Assembly (NCBI GenBank): GCA_945860985.1
Contig: CAMASM010000002.1
Span: 1 to 47,426 of the forward strand
Length of the DNA: 47,426 nt
Direction: 5' to 3'
From: Candidatus Finniella inopinata
Lineage (GTDB): Bacteria; Pseudomonadota; Alphaproteobacteria; Paracaedibacterales; CAITNM01
Every line of letters starts with the position of its first letter. Position 1 is the stretch's first letter. Below are positions 28,064-39,886 of the stretch, piece by piece. Made by a program: the position numbers and the translations under genes. Below the pieces are notes generated by a model that made no database searches, had not been told where the DNA came from, and was given only the letters and a program-made list of their open reading frames with translations.

Positions 28064-29395
28064 TTAAACTGCCATTTTAAAATTATGGTTAGGTTCAATG
28101 CGCTTAAATTTACGATGGACATCGTCTTTATCTAGCTTTTCAAAGTGTCTTAAGCCAACGAAATACCCAATACATATTGGCAACATAATGATTAGAATTC
28201 CCCAATTACCAAAGAGTCCTGTAAGGTACACTAGTCCAAAAGAAGTGACAACATAAGTAAGGGCTCGTGATAACGCGTATGTAAAACTAATGTAGGTAAA
28301 GCGTTTAAAAACAGGGAAATGTTTATAAAAAATCGATGTTGCTGGCGCGGCATCCGCGGCAAAAAATATAATAGCAGATTGCAAAAACAGTAAATAAGAC
28401 GGCTGACTTATATGATCAAGCCAATAAGGGCATGTAATTATAATAGAAGAAGAAATGAAGAGTTTGACTTTTAAAATTATTAGAGGATAAATTCTGTAGC
28501 TTAAAAATACAAATAATAAAAGACTCAAGATTTGCACTAAAGAAACGATAAAATTTTGACGAATGATTGCCTCTGGCGCAAGATTAAAAGAATTTTTTAA
28601 GACATTTCCACAATAAACATATGCAAAATAAAAACATAAAGGCCACATACAATCCATTAAGAACAAAGCTATAGACGTCTTTTTGTTGACCTTTTCTGGT
28701 TTGATATCACTAATATTTATTTCTTTCCGTTTATTATTATTCTTAGCAATACTTTCCTTAACGCGTCGTTTGGCATCAGCAAAATCAGGTGTTTCACGCA
28801 ATTTTGTTCTTGCCACTGCTCCCACAATGGCAATAGTTGCGCCCACCCAAAAGGCAAGACGCCAGTCCAATCCAAAAGACGTTACAAACGATGCGAGGCC
28901 GAGTGCCATTGAGGTTCCTAGAGAAACAGCAAAGGCAAGCAATGCAACCGCTGCATATCGTGCAGGAGGTTGGATAGTTTCGCTCAAGTACAGTTGAGCT
29001 CCTGAGATTTCTCCCATCGAAGACATTCCCTGCATGATACGACAAATGGTCACGATCCACGAAGCAGTAATGCCAATTTGTGCATAAGTTGGCAAATTAG
29101 CCATAATTAAGCATGAAATAGACATCATTGTTGTTGTGATTACCACAGTTACTTTTCTGCCTATATGATCTCCAATATAACCAAACGCGAGGGCCCCGAG
29201 CGGCCTTAAAAGATATGTGGAACAAAAAGCAAAAGCAGTAAGAAGAGCTGCCGTGTGTGCATCCGTTTTAGGAAAAAACAGTTCATTTAACAAAACTGCC
29301 ATGTGGATATAGAGCATCAAATCGAAATACTCTAAAAAAGTTCCTATTGATAGTAAAGCAACCGCTTCTCCTTGTTTTTTATTTAATCCAAACAT
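28064..29395 (-). CDS. MFS metabolite:H+ symporter, ProP-like (paralog 1)
   Basis: 443 aa with 'LGTFLEYFDLMLYIHMAVLLNELFFP' and 'GYIGDHIGRKV'. It is collinear with the downstream paralog along the whole length. Confidence 0.75.
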   Translation of the reverse strand: MFGLNKKQGEAVALLSIGTFLEYFDLMLYIHMAVLLNELFFPKTDAHTAALLTAFAFCSTYLLRPLGALAFGYIGDHIGRKVTVVITTTMMSISCLIMANLPTYAQIGITASWIVTICRIMQGMSSMGEISGAQLYLSETIQPPARYAAVALLAFAVSLGTSMALGLASFVTSFGLDWRLAFWVGATIAIVGAVARTKLRETPDFADAKRRVKESIAKNNNKRKEINISDIKPEKVNKKTSIALFLMDCMWPLCFYFAYVYCGNVLKNSFNLAPEAIIRQNFIVSLVQILSLLLFVFLSYRIYPLIILKVKLFISSSIIITCPYWLDHISQPSYLLFLQSAIIFFAADAAPATSIFYKHFPVFKRFTYISFTYALSRALTYVVTSFGLVYLTGLFGNWGILIIMLPICIGYFVGLRHFEKLDKDDVHRKFKRIEPNHNFKMAV

Positions 29396-29731
29396 ATTTT
29401 ACCTCACTTTAGTAACCTATAGATAGAAATACGAATAAATTTATTCACAAGTTTAAGGATTTGATCATACTGTTCCCCAAAAAATAATATAAGAAATTGT
29501 CTTTTTAATAGCGGATTGAAAAATTAATTTCAAGGTGATATTTCCTTGATTTTTAACTGCACCAATCGTAGGAGTATTGGTTTGGACATTCAGTAAGGTT
29601 TGGGGTAGATGATTAATTAGCCACAGAAGTGTAAAAAATAAAAAGAAACAAAACTTGGTATCGTGGTGACTTATTGGTGATTCAGCTTTTTTTTCTAATT
29701 AGTAGATCTAGTTTGAAATCCTTATTGTGCT

Positions 29732-29807
<76 letters not shown>

Positions 29808-29856
29808 GCCTTCATACATTTCTAGCCTAAATTTTGTTGGCTGTCGATCACATAAA

Positions 29857-29888
29857 AGCCCTCCATAAAGGAGGGCGCTCTTTTTTTA
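29857..29888. terminator. Rho-independent-type hairpin with a T8 tract
   Basis: 'GCCCTCC-ataaa-GGAGGGC' (29858..29876) is followed by 'gctcTTTTTTTT' on the + strand and preceded by an A-rich tract. It could terminate the minus-strand gene ending at 29932, with U-tract 'cuuuua' on that strand. Confidence 0.55.
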
Positions 29889-29931
29889 AAGATAGTTAAT
29901 TTGGTGAAAATTATTATTGGTCGTAATTATC

Positions 29932-30528
29932 TTAATAACCGCCACCGTCATCTGCGTAGCTGCTACCATCATCGTAGTCGCTACCGTCATCCTGAGCGTT
30001 TGGGTCGCCAAAATCACCACCATCATCGAAGGCAGCATTTGGATCATCAAATCCTTGTGGTGGATTGCCACCTTGACCACCTCCGCAAGTTAAATTTACA
30101 CTGGCATCTATTTGGTTTAGCTTTTCCATTAATGCATTTACTTCATCGCTTATAGCGCCTATTGCTCCTACTTCACTATTTAGTGCATCTAATTTTCTGC
30201 TTATCGCGGCTAACCCTTTAGTCAAACCAGCTTCCCCGCGTACCACTTGGCCTAATTCCCTCATCTCGGCATCAGAGCTTGGTGAGCTTGGTGCTCCCGA
30301 AGTTCTACCACCTGCTGAAGGTTTTCTCTTTGCGGAAGTGTTGCCAGGTCCTCTAGTAGTAGTTTGACCACCGCGTGCTTTACTGCCTGCTTTAGCAGCA
30401 GTTGCTTTTCCAGTACGGGTCTTAGTAGCAACAGCCTTACCCTTTTTTTGTGTTTGTGGAGTAGCATACAGGTCATTTGCTAAAAATGGCAAAATCATGG
30501 CTGCTAAAACTAAATAAAATTTTTTCAT
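29932..30528 (-). CDS. Secreted low-complexity protein (basic N-half, coiled central part, acidic Gly/Asp tail)
   Basis: Signal peptide 'MKKFYLVLAAMILPFLANDLYA', then a K/R/T/G-rich segment, a heptad-like 'LDALNSEVGAIGAISDEVNALMEKLNQIDA', and a 'GGDFGDPNAQDDGSDYDDGSSYADDGGGY' tail. The DNA is locally GC-richer than the neighbours. The overlapping ORFs in other frames are artefacts of low complexity. Confidence 0.6.
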   Translation of the reverse strand: MKKFYLVLAAMILPFLANDLYATPQTQKKGKAVATKTRTGKATAAKAGSKARGGQTTTRGPGNTSAKRKPSAGGRTSGAPSSPSSDAEMRELGQVVRGEAGLTKGLAAISRKLDALNSEVGAIGAISDEVNALMEKLNQIDASVNLTCGGGQGGNPPQGFDDPNAAFDDGGDFGDPNAQDDGSDYDDGSSYADDGGGY

Positions 30529-30666
30529 AAACGAATACCTATTTGACTTTAATTTAAGGCTATACGTAAAGTATTAAAATATCGTAAATTAACTGTAAAA
30601 TTTTTTACCCTAACTGATATGGAATAATTTTCTCAAAACCTATAAAGTCAATCAAATGGAGATTAT

Positions 30667-31317
30667 ATGTTTGTTACCTTTGAAGGTGGTGAAGGTACAG
30701 GAAAAAGCACCCAGGCTTTAATTCTGGCTGATAACTTAAAAAAAATTGGAATTGACGTGGTTCTTACACGTGAGCCAGGTGGTAGTCCGGGTGCAGAGCT
30801 TATTCGCAATTTACTGGTGACAGGATCTGTCGACCGTTGGTCAACCATGAGTGAGGTTTTACTAATGTATGCGGCACGTGCTGATCATTGGCAAAATACA
30901 ATAAAGCCTGCGCTTGATGCTGGGAAGTGGGTATTATGTGACCGTTTTGCTGATTCGACAGTTGCTTATCAAGGTTATGGTCGTGGAGTTAATAAAGGAT
31001 TTTTGCAACTATTGTACCTACATATTGTTGGGGATATAGAGCCTAATTTTACATTTGTTTTTGATCTTGATGTTAGTGTTGGTCTTAAGCGGGCAAATTC
31101 ACGCATGTCAGGGGATGCTATTGTTGAAGGTAGGTTTGAAGCTATGGATATTGCCTTTCATGAGCGCCTTCGTGCTGGCTTTTTAGAAATAGTTAAAAAA
31201 AATCCAAAGCGGTGCACCTTGATAGATGCAAATCTGCATCCTCGTGAGGTACATAGATTGATTTTAAGAGTATTACAAGAAAAAGGAGCATTATCATGGG
31301 GCAATCCCCCTGTGTAA
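30667..31317 (+). CDS. tmk: Thymidylate kinase
   Basis: 'MFVTFEGGEGTGKSTQ' (P-loop), 'TREPGGS' and 'DRFADSTVAYQGYGRG' are present. Length is 216 aa. Confidence 0.93.
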   Translation: MFVTFEGGEGTGKSTQALILADNLKKIGIDVVLTREPGGSPGAELIRNLLVTGSVDRWSTMSEVLLMYAARADHWQNTIKPALDAGKWVLCDRFADSTVAYQGYGRGVNKGFLQLLYLHIVGDIEPNFTFVFDLDVSVGLKRANSRMSGDAIVEGRFEAMDIAFHERLRAGFLEIVKKNPKRCTLIDANLHPREVHRLILRVLQEKGALSWGNPPV

Positions 31318-31492
31318 GAATTTGTACACTTAATGATGATAAGATTTGCATTGGCTGTGGCCGAAGTATAGATGAAATTAAAAATTGGTCTACTTTTTCT
31401 GATGAATCTAAGATACTTATAAAGTCACAGTTAAAGGGACGTTTGGACGATATTTTGCAAAAGATGCGTGCCAAAAGAATTCAGAAACCGTA

Positions 31493-31493
<1 letters not shown>
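31296..31493 (+). CDS. DUF1289-family small Cys-rich protein
   Basis: 'SPCVRICTLNDDKICIGCGRSIDEIKNWSTFSDESK' fits the DUF1289 pattern (C-x2-C...C-x-G-C-x-R-x3-E-I-x-x-W). It overlaps the tmk 3' end by 22 nt. Confidence 0.7.
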
Positions 31494-34041
<2,548 letters not shown>

Positions 34042-34049
34042 TCAGCAAG

Positions 34050-34070
34050 TCCTCCGGCTCAGCCGGAGGA
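34050..34070. repeat. GC-rich hairpin TCCTCCGG-ctcag-CCGGAGGA
   Basis: Perfect 8-bp stem with a 5-nt loop in the spacer between the His-rich gene and ligA. The loop 'CTCAG' matches the loop start of the hairpin at 43243..43262. There is no U-tract. Confidence 0.6.
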
Positions 34071-34094
34071 AAACTGTGTGGTAGGATTAAGTTT

Positions 34095-34679
34095 TTAAAG
34101 GCATTTGTGTTGATGATGTGGAAAAATACAGTTTAAAACTGATTTAATTGGTCGAAATCCTAGGAAATAACTAATAGGCCATGGCATAGCTTCAATACAA
34201 TCCCTTCCAATATCACGAACTTCATGAACAAGATCGTGAATAAGCTTTCTAGGTTCTTGTATAAGTTCTCGGTGGTTGTGCTCACGTTCATGAATAAATT
34301 CTCTAGGTTCATGCCTTTGTGGCGTTTCTATGCGATCCATGCAAAAAATTATTCGTACAATTTCCTCTGTTATTTTGCAAGAAACTGGTTTGCTTGAGCT
34401 TATTAAAGTTTCAGTTGGAATATGTTGTTTATTGTACCTTCTTTCTACAGAACAGTCATGATTTTCAAATTTAATAGAATATCCCTGAGAACTACATTCA
34501 TCAGAAAAATGATGGCCTTGCTTTCTTGTATGCATTGAAGTATCTCTGCCCTGATCTTCCGTGTCGCTATCATCTGATGCTTGTGCTAAGCAAACACTTA
34601 AACATAAAAACATTATTGAAGTAGTTGCCCTATGGCAAATTGCCGCTAGTGCTAAATTCTTTGTAATAAAACTTTTCAT
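34095..34679 (-). CDS. Secreted His/Cys-rich protein (hypothetical)
   Basis: Signal-like 'IMFLCLSVCLAQA', an acidic stretch, and reiterated 'PREFIHEREHNHRELIQEPRKLIHDLVHEVRD' ending in 'PHHQHKCL'. A weakly similar Cys framework occurs in the upstream 180-aa protein. Confidence 0.55.
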   Translation of the reverse strand: MKSFITKNLALAAICHRATTSIMFLCLSVCLAQASDDSDTEDQGRDTSMHTRKQGHHFSDECSSQGYSIKFENHDCSVERRYNKQHIPTETLISSSKPVSCKITEEIVRIIFCMDRIETPQRHEPREFIHEREHNHRELIQEPRKLIHDLVHEVRDIGRDCIEAMPWPISYFLGFRPIKSVLNCIFPHHQHKCL

Positions 34680-34715
34680 ATATTCCTCCGTACTTATGTG
34701 TTAAAAGATTATTAG

Positions 34716-34733
34716 ATACAATTGTAATTGTAT
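34716..34733. promoter_or_regulatory. 18-bp palindrome ATACAATT-gt-AATTGTAT (candidate operator)
   Basis: Perfect 8-2-8 inverted repeat, 37-54 nt upstream of the start codon (34679) of the His-rich secreted gene. No regulator is assigned. Confidence 0.35.
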
Positions 34734-34834
34734 TTAAAAATTATTAACAATTAGTTAATCATAAATATGGCAAAGTAATATTATAAATGATTACTCAAAT
34801 ATTACCTTGGTTTTTGCAGTGTTTGTTCTTTTTA

Positions 34835-35377
34835 TTATCTGCATTTTCTTAAACTCATTACTTTAGCCCAATTGAGTGCAAGAAGAGCAATAGCTCCACC
34901 AATTGGAATCATCCATTTATAGATGGAATAATTAGACCGCCTTGGAATATCAACTGCTCCATCATCAGGTGCAGGCTTTGGGGAGGAAGGAGTTCTGTCT
35001 TTCTGGCAGTCGGAATCATCTTCCGTGTTAGTAAATTTTTCACAGGTAAGCACAGGTTTTTCGTCGGAATAGTCATTTAAATCTTTTCCAAGTAGATCTT
35101 CAGTAATTTTATCTACATGGAGCATGAGTTTAACTAGTTTTTTGCAATCGGTGCCTTCTAGTGGAGTTCGAGAGCTAATTTTTACGTCGGTTTTTTTTCC
35201 TTTAATAATTCTTTCAATGGTGCATTCTTGTGAGCAGCCTTGATGTTTTTTTGTTATAACTAAAGACACTCTTAAATCAGTAGGGTCAAGGCAGTCTTCT
35301 TTTTTGGCAGCGTAAAGCGATTCAAAAATAAAACAAGCTACTAATAATGTATAAGTTCTTGTAAAGAATATACTCAT
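34835..35377 (-). CDS. Secreted/anchored Cys-containing protein (hypothetical)
   Basis: 180 aa with N-terminal signal 'TLLVACFIFESLYAA' and a C-terminal TM 'WMIPIGGAIALLALNWA'. The central part 'GCSQECTIERIIKGKKTDVKISSRTPLEGTDCKKLVKLMLHVDKIT' parallels 'DCSVERRYNKQHIPTETLISSSKPVSCKITEEIVRIIFCMDRIE' of the neighbour. Confidence 0.5.
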   Translation of the reverse strand: MSIFFTRTYTLLVACFIFESLYAAKKEDCLDPTDLRVSLVITKKHQGCSQECTIERIIKGKKTDVKISSRTPLEGTDCKKLVKLMLHVDKITEDLLGKDLNDYSDEKPVLTCEKFTNTEDDSDCQKDRTPSSPKPAPDDGAVDIPRRSNYSIYKWMIPIGGAIALLALNWAKVMSLRKCR

Positions 35378-35461
35378 TTAATACTCCGTAGGTAAAATTA
35401 AAAACGACTATATATTTTTAATCTAGGAGTAATGTGTTGATATTTAGTAAATAAATGGAAA

Positions 35462-36235
35462 TTATTTTTTTATTATTTTTAGTATAATTAATATTAATGT
35501 AGACAAACAAATAATTGTGGGGCCAACGGGAAAATCAAAATAAAAGCTTAAGCCGATGCCAGAAAGGCTTGAAAAGCAACTTATTAATATTGCATATGCA
35601 ATCATTTGAGATGGTTTATTTGCTTTGCAATGTGCTGCTGCGGCCGGAATAATTGTAAGCGCTGGGGCGAATAAGGCACCTAGTAATTTCATAACAATTC
35701 CCATAGCAGTGGCATAAGCAAATAATATTAGTAACCGTACTTTTTTTGAAGGGTACCCTTGTACGTGAGCTAAGTCAGAGTCAAAACTAGTAATTAAAAT
35801 TGCAGACCAATACTTAACTAAAAATATAGTTAAAATTAACAGTGCACTGGCAAGTAACCAAATGTCGTTAAGGCTTGTTCCAAGTAAATCACCAAATAAT
35901 AAAGCATCTGGACTCAGGTGTGCTTGAGGTGCTACTGAGATAATTAAAATACTAACAGAAAGACAAGTTGAGGAAATCACTGCAAGTGATACATCACTTT
36001 GAGCAGAATCATTTGTGCCAATAAAGTATGCAATAACTAAACATACGGCTATTGCGCCATAGGCAAAAGGTAAGTGCAGCAGAACGCTAATGCATACACC
36101 AAGTAGTGATGCATGAGCCAGGGTTTCACCAAAAAATGCCAAACCATTCCATAGTCCAATGCACCCTAGGGGAGCAGTAATTAAACTTGCCATTAGGGCA
36201 ACGATAATAATTGATATAAAAAATGAATCTATCAT
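35462..36235 (-). CDS. znuB: Zinc/metal ABC transporter permease
   Basis: 257 aa, 7-8 TMs, ABC-3 family look ('LITAPLGCIGLWNGLAFFGETLAHASLLG'). It overlaps the znuC stop by 4 nt. Confidence 0.8.
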   Translation of the reverse strand: MIDSFFISIIIVALMASLITAPLGCIGLWNGLAFFGETLAHASLLGVCISVLLHLPFAYGAIAVCLVIAYFIGTNDSAQSDVSLAVISSTCLSVSILIISVAPQAHLSPDALLFGDLLGTSLNDIWLLASALLILTIFLVKYWSAILITSFDSDLAHVQGYPSKKVRLLILFAYATAMGIVMKLLGALFAPALTIIPAAAAHCKANKPSQMIAYAILISCFSSLSGIGLSFYFDFPVGPTIICLSTLILIILKIIKK

Positions 36236-36918
36236 ATGTGTTGATGGTCGTGATTATGTTGGTATTTACTAAATCTTGGAAATAAATGCTGTACTTCCTT
36301 AGTGCTACGTACCATTTCTGGACTACCTTGGCAACAAATATGTTGGTTTAAGCAAATGACGTGATCGGTACAGTCAAAAACAAAGTGCAAATCATGGGAA
36401 ATAATTACAATAGCCATCTTATGTTCATGCTTTAATTCAAGTAATTTTTTATAGAAGATATTTTGGCCGTCTGCATCAATACCTTGGGTCGGTTCATCAA
36501 GAATTAATAAATCAGGTTTTTGCAAAACTGCGGCGTTTAATAGTACTTTTTGTAGTTCTCCACCCGACAGCTCATGAATAGATTGATTCATTAGTTTGCT
36601 GATATCAAAAGGGGAGTTAATTTTGGGGGAGCCGCATAAATCAATAAATGACTCAACTGTCATAGGCATAAATTTATTAGCATTAAGCTTTTGCGGCACA
36701 TAACCAACAACGATATTTTTTTTACGGTTAATTGTGCCTGAAGTTGGTTTGATTAAACTTAAAATTAAACGAACTAAAGTTGTTTTGCCTGCGCCATTAG
36801 GGCCAATAATTGTGGTTATAGTATTTGGAAAAATGGTAAAATTTATGTCCTTCAATAGAACTTTTTTGTTTCTATTGTGCTCAAGGCTATAGGATACAGA
36901 ATCAAGCGAAACTAACAT
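36232..36918 (-). CDS. znuC: Zinc/metal ABC transporter ATPase
   Basis: 'GPNGAGKTTL' (Walker A), 'LSGGELQKVLLNAAVLQKPDLLILDEPTQGIDADGQ' and a His-rich tail 'KYQHNHDHQHI' typical of ZnuC. The start is set at ATG 36918, which overlaps the mraY stop as TAATG. Confidence 0.85.
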   Translation of the reverse strand: MLVSLDSVSYSLEHNRNKKVLLKDINFTIFPNTITTIIGPNGAGKTTLVRLILSLIKPTSGTINRKKNIVVGYVPQKLNANKFMPMTVESFIDLCGSPKINSPFDISKLMNQSIHELSGGELQKVLLNAAVLQKPDLLILDEPTQGIDADGQNIFYKKLLELKHEHKMAIVIISHDLHFVFDCTDHVICLNQHICCQGSPEMVRSTKEVQHLFPRFSKYQHNHDHQHI

Positions 36919-38006
36919 TAGCGTATTTTTAAAGTTGACAATCCGATAATAGCAAGAATTGTGGCAATAATCCAAAAGCGAATTACAACTGTTGGTTCTG
37001 CCCATCCCAGTTTTTCAAAATGGTGATGGATTGGTGCCATTAAGAAAATTCTTTTTTTGGTCATTTTGTAATAACCGACTTGAAGAATAACAGAAATTGC
37101 CTCAATTACAAATAGGCCACCAATAATACATAAAACCAGCTCATGCTTTGTAATTAGGGCTATAGTACCTAAGGCACCTCCTGCTGCAAGTGATCCTGTA
37201 TCTCCCATAAATACTTTGGCAGGCGGAGCATTAAACCATAAGAAACCTAAGCCAGCTCCCACAAAACTTCCTAAGAAAATTCCTATTTCACCAACATTTG
37301 CTATGTGATGTAGTTGTAAGTAATGGGCAAATACATGATTACCAACTAAATAAGCGATAATGGTAAAACAAACAGCACAAATCATGACGGGAACGATTGC
37401 CAAGCCATCTAATCCATCAGTTAAATTAACTGCGTTTGATGATCCAACAATTACTAAAATAGCCCATGGGTAGAAAAACCAACCCAGGTTAATAATGAGA
37501 TCTTTGAAAAAAGGTAAAGTTAAACCTTTTGCAAGTGTAGGGTCAGTGTATAAAGATGATGCATAAGCTGCTATTAATGCAAGGGCAGCCTGGGCCAATA
37601 ATTTTGATTTTCCTGAGATACCATGGTGGGAATTTTTGGTAAGTTTTCTATAATCATCCATTGCGCCTAGCAATCCGAATCCTAGGGTTACCAGTAAAAC
37701 AATCCATAAGAATGGATTTGATAAATCTCCCCAAAATAAAGTGCTTGTGCTTACGGCAAGCAAAATTAAACATCCCCCCATGGTTGGGGTGCCTTTTTTA
37801 GTGATTAAGTGAGATTCTGGGCCGTCGCTGCGAATTGGCTGACCTTGTTTTTGTTTTGATTTTAACCACGAGATAATCGGCTTTCCTAGCCAAAAACTAA
37901 TTATTAATGCAGTTAAAATAGCACCCATAGTGCGAAAGGTTATATAGCGCATTAAATTGAAAATTTTAAAGTCGCCAAGAAAATGAAGGAATAATAATTG
38001 AAACAT
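36918..38006 (-). CDS. mraY: Phospho-N-acetylmuramoyl-pentapeptide transferase
   Basis: 362 aa with 'KKGTPTMGG', 'GAMDDYRKL', '[13 protein letters not shown]', '[15 protein letters not shown]' and 'APIHHHFE', all MraY hallmarks. Confidence 0.95.
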   Translation of the reverse strand: MFQLLFLHFLGDFKIFNLMRYITFRTMGAILTALIISFWLGKPIISWLKSKQKQGQPIRSDGPESHLITKKGTPTMGGCLILLAVSTSTLFWGDLSNPFLWIVLLVTLGFGLLGAMDDYRKLTKNSHHGISGKSKLLAQAALALIAAYASSLYTDPTLAKGLTLPFFKDLIINLGWFFYPWAILVIVGSSNAVNLTDGLDGLAIVPVMICAVCFTIIAYLVGNHVFAHYLQLHHIANVGEIGIFLGSFVGAGLGFLWFNAPPAKVFMGDTGSLAAGGALGTIALITKHELVLCIIGGLFVIEAISVILQVGYYKMTKKRIFLMAPIHHHFEKLGWAEPTVVIRFWIIATILAIIGLSTLKIR

Positions 38007-38008
38007 AA

Positions 38009-38926
38009 TTAACTATCAGTTGATCGTTGAAAGGTTAGTGATTTAGAGTCTCTTGATAAAAATCCACGCTGCCATTCAACACCTTCAGCGTGCTCGACTG
38101 GAATTTTTGAATTTTTATCACAAGTTATCATCGTTTTTTCAGGAAAAAATGTTAAAACAAAGTTAGCATAAATTTCAAATGCAGAAAAATTTTGTTCGGA
38201 AATGTCTACTGTATTTAACGCTTCATGCCATGAGCTATTGTGAAGTTTTTCTAAGTAGTTTTTCAAGGACTTTAATTTCACTTTATCGAAAAACATAATT
38301 GGTCCAGTGAAGCCAATGTTGTGGTATTTTTCAAATTTCAAAATAGAATCAACCATATGTTTACGTTCAATTGAGTAGTCTTCAGTTGAAAATAATACGG
38401 CCTTATCGTCTCTTAAAAATATTTGAGTTTGTAGTAAAACTGTGTTCGCATGAATTATCAGGCAGTAGTCAGATTGTGTGAATGCATCTATATTTAATTT
38501 GATAAATTCGTGTTTTAATTTTTGTGATAGTTCTTTCTGATTAGTTGTAATCACTTCGTTTTCGTCTACAAATTCAGTATCTTTTTCTAAGGCAATATCG
38601 CGCATTTTTTTTGAATCAGCACAAACCAAATAAACTTTATTAATTGGGTGCATTATCAAACCTTTTGCAGCGTCAATTGCATGGCGCACAGTAGGAAGGT
38701 CATTTTCAGTAGCTAGAATTACAATGTCAATTTTGTTTTTACATAAAGGCACGTGGTTGTTGGAATAGAAATCCCTTTTTAAAGAAAGCAAAGTATTAAA
38801 TGTGTTTCTTTTGTAATGGTGCAAGAAGGTGTCTTTCTCTGGTAAGGTTTCTGGGGATTTTATTACCCAATTTCCTAACAACGCTATAGTAATTGCAAAT
38901 GATAAAAAAATTAAAATACGTTTCAT
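38009..38926 (-). CDS. Membrane-anchored GT-A-like protein, paralog with degenerate DxD (H-A-N)
   Basis: N-terminal TM, then '[37 protein letters not shown]'. '[17 protein letters not shown]' aligns to 'HFLIIDADTLLIRPQIF' of the upstream paralog (H-A-N at 38444..38452). It ends 2 nt before the mraY start. Confidence 0.5.
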   Translation of the reverse strand: MKRILIFLSFAITIALLGNWVIKSPETLPEKDTFLHHYKRNTFNTLLSLKRDFYSNNHVPLCKNKIDIVILATENDLPTVRHAIDAAKGLIMHPINKVYLVCADSKKMRDIALEKDTEFVDENEVITTNQKELSQKLKHEFIKLNIDAFTQSDYCLIIHANTVLLQTQIFLRDDKAVLFSTEDYSIERKHMVDSILKFEKYHNIGFTGPIMFFDKVKLKSLKNYLEKLHNSSWHEALNTVDISEQNFSAFEIYANFVLTFFPEKTMITCDKNSKIPVEHAEGVEWQRGFLSRDSKSLTFQRSTDS

Positions 38927-38930
38927 AAAC

Positions 38931-39869
38931 TTACTCTGTCATGCCCTCAATAGTTAAAAAGCTATGCATAGTTAAGCTTTTATATTTGTTACAAAGGTAG
39001 TCTCTTGCTTTGTCTATATTGCTAAGGCCATTGCGTGGAAAAATTATGTTGCAACCCAGTACAAATTCAATCTCGTCTTCAAAATGCTGAGCAACAAAAT
39101 TTCCATATAATTCGTATTCTGAAAAACTGCCTTCGGGAATATCTAGTGAATCTAGGGCATCTTGCCAAGGTTTACCGTGCAGATTTTGCAAATGTTTTTT
39201 TAGTGCTTGTACTTTTGTTTTAGAAAAAAGCATGTGATGACTAGTAAAATCAAGATTGTGGAACTTATTAAAACCCAGTGCAATTTTTACCATTTGCTTT
39301 CGTTTAAACCAGTAATCATGCAAAATATTTAGCACAGACTTTTCCTTGGTTACAAAAATTTGCGGTCTAATCAATAGAGTGTCTGCATCAATTATTAGGA
39401 AGTGTTCACATGTGGCTACTGTGTCAGCATTTAGCTTTAGGTACTGTTGCTTTATCCATCCTTTGCGTTGAGTATTTTTAGAAAATACTGGCAGAACATT
39501 ATCTTCTAAAATAAAAATGCAATTTTTTTCATGTGCAATTTTTCGTAGAAGCGTGGATTCTGGCGCAATAAAATAAATGTTTTTGATTGGCTGTAGGATA
39601 TTTGCGCGCACAGATTCAATAGTTAGTACTAAGGTTACAGCATCCTTTTCAATTACTGGAATTACTACATCAATAGGTACTTCGCTTGTGGGTATTTCTG
39701 AGTTACAAAAAGGGTCTGTTTTGGCTTTTAGATAAGTATAGTTTATAAAACGCAGAAAATTTTGCCACTTGGAGTCGTTATTTGGAAGGTAAGTTGGGTG
39801 ACAGGCATAATATATTAGTGATACTAAACAGGCAGCTACAAAAAAGCAAAAAATAGAAAATTTTTTCAT
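38931..39869 (-). CDS. Membrane-anchored GT-A-like putative glycosyltransferase (DxD present)
   Basis: N-terminal TM 'FSIFCFFVAACLVSLIYY', 'IDVVIPVIEKDAVTLVLTIESV' (Rossmann-like beta1 of the GT-A fold) and 'LIIDADT' (D-A-D at 39381..39389). A 4-nt spacer separates it from the paralog. Confidence 0.5.
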   Translation of the reverse strand: MKKFSIFCFFVAACLVSLIYYACHPTYLPNNDSKWQNFLRFINYTYLKAKTDPFCNSEIPTSEVPIDVVIPVIEKDAVTLVLTIESVRANILQPIKNIYFIAPESTLLRKIAHEKNCIFILEDNVLPVFSKNTQRKGWIKQQYLKLNADTVATCEHFLIIDADTLLIRPQIFVTKEKSVLNILHDYWFKRKQMVKIALGFNKFHNLDFTSHHMLFSKTKVQALKKHLQNLHGKPWQDALDSLDIPEGSFSEYELYGNFVAQHFEDEIEFVLGCNIIFPRNGLSNIDKARDYLCNKYKSLTMHSFLTIEGMTE

Positions 39870-39886
39870 AGATTATCAAGCACGTA

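Noticed and set aside
29396-29731. 336-bp non-coding stretch upstream of the ProP-like genes and beside tRNA-Lys, examined for an integrase attachment repeat or an RNA gene
   Set aside because: No repeat of the tRNA 3' end, no convincing structure and no ORF were found. It is probably a promoter or spacer region.
29886-30476. ORFs 29886..30080, 29901..30155 and 30261..30476, which overlap the 198-aa secreted-protein gene
   Set aside because: They are alternative frames or strands of GC-richer low-complexity DNA. Only the 29932..30528 frame has a signal peptide, a sensible start and a downstream terminator.
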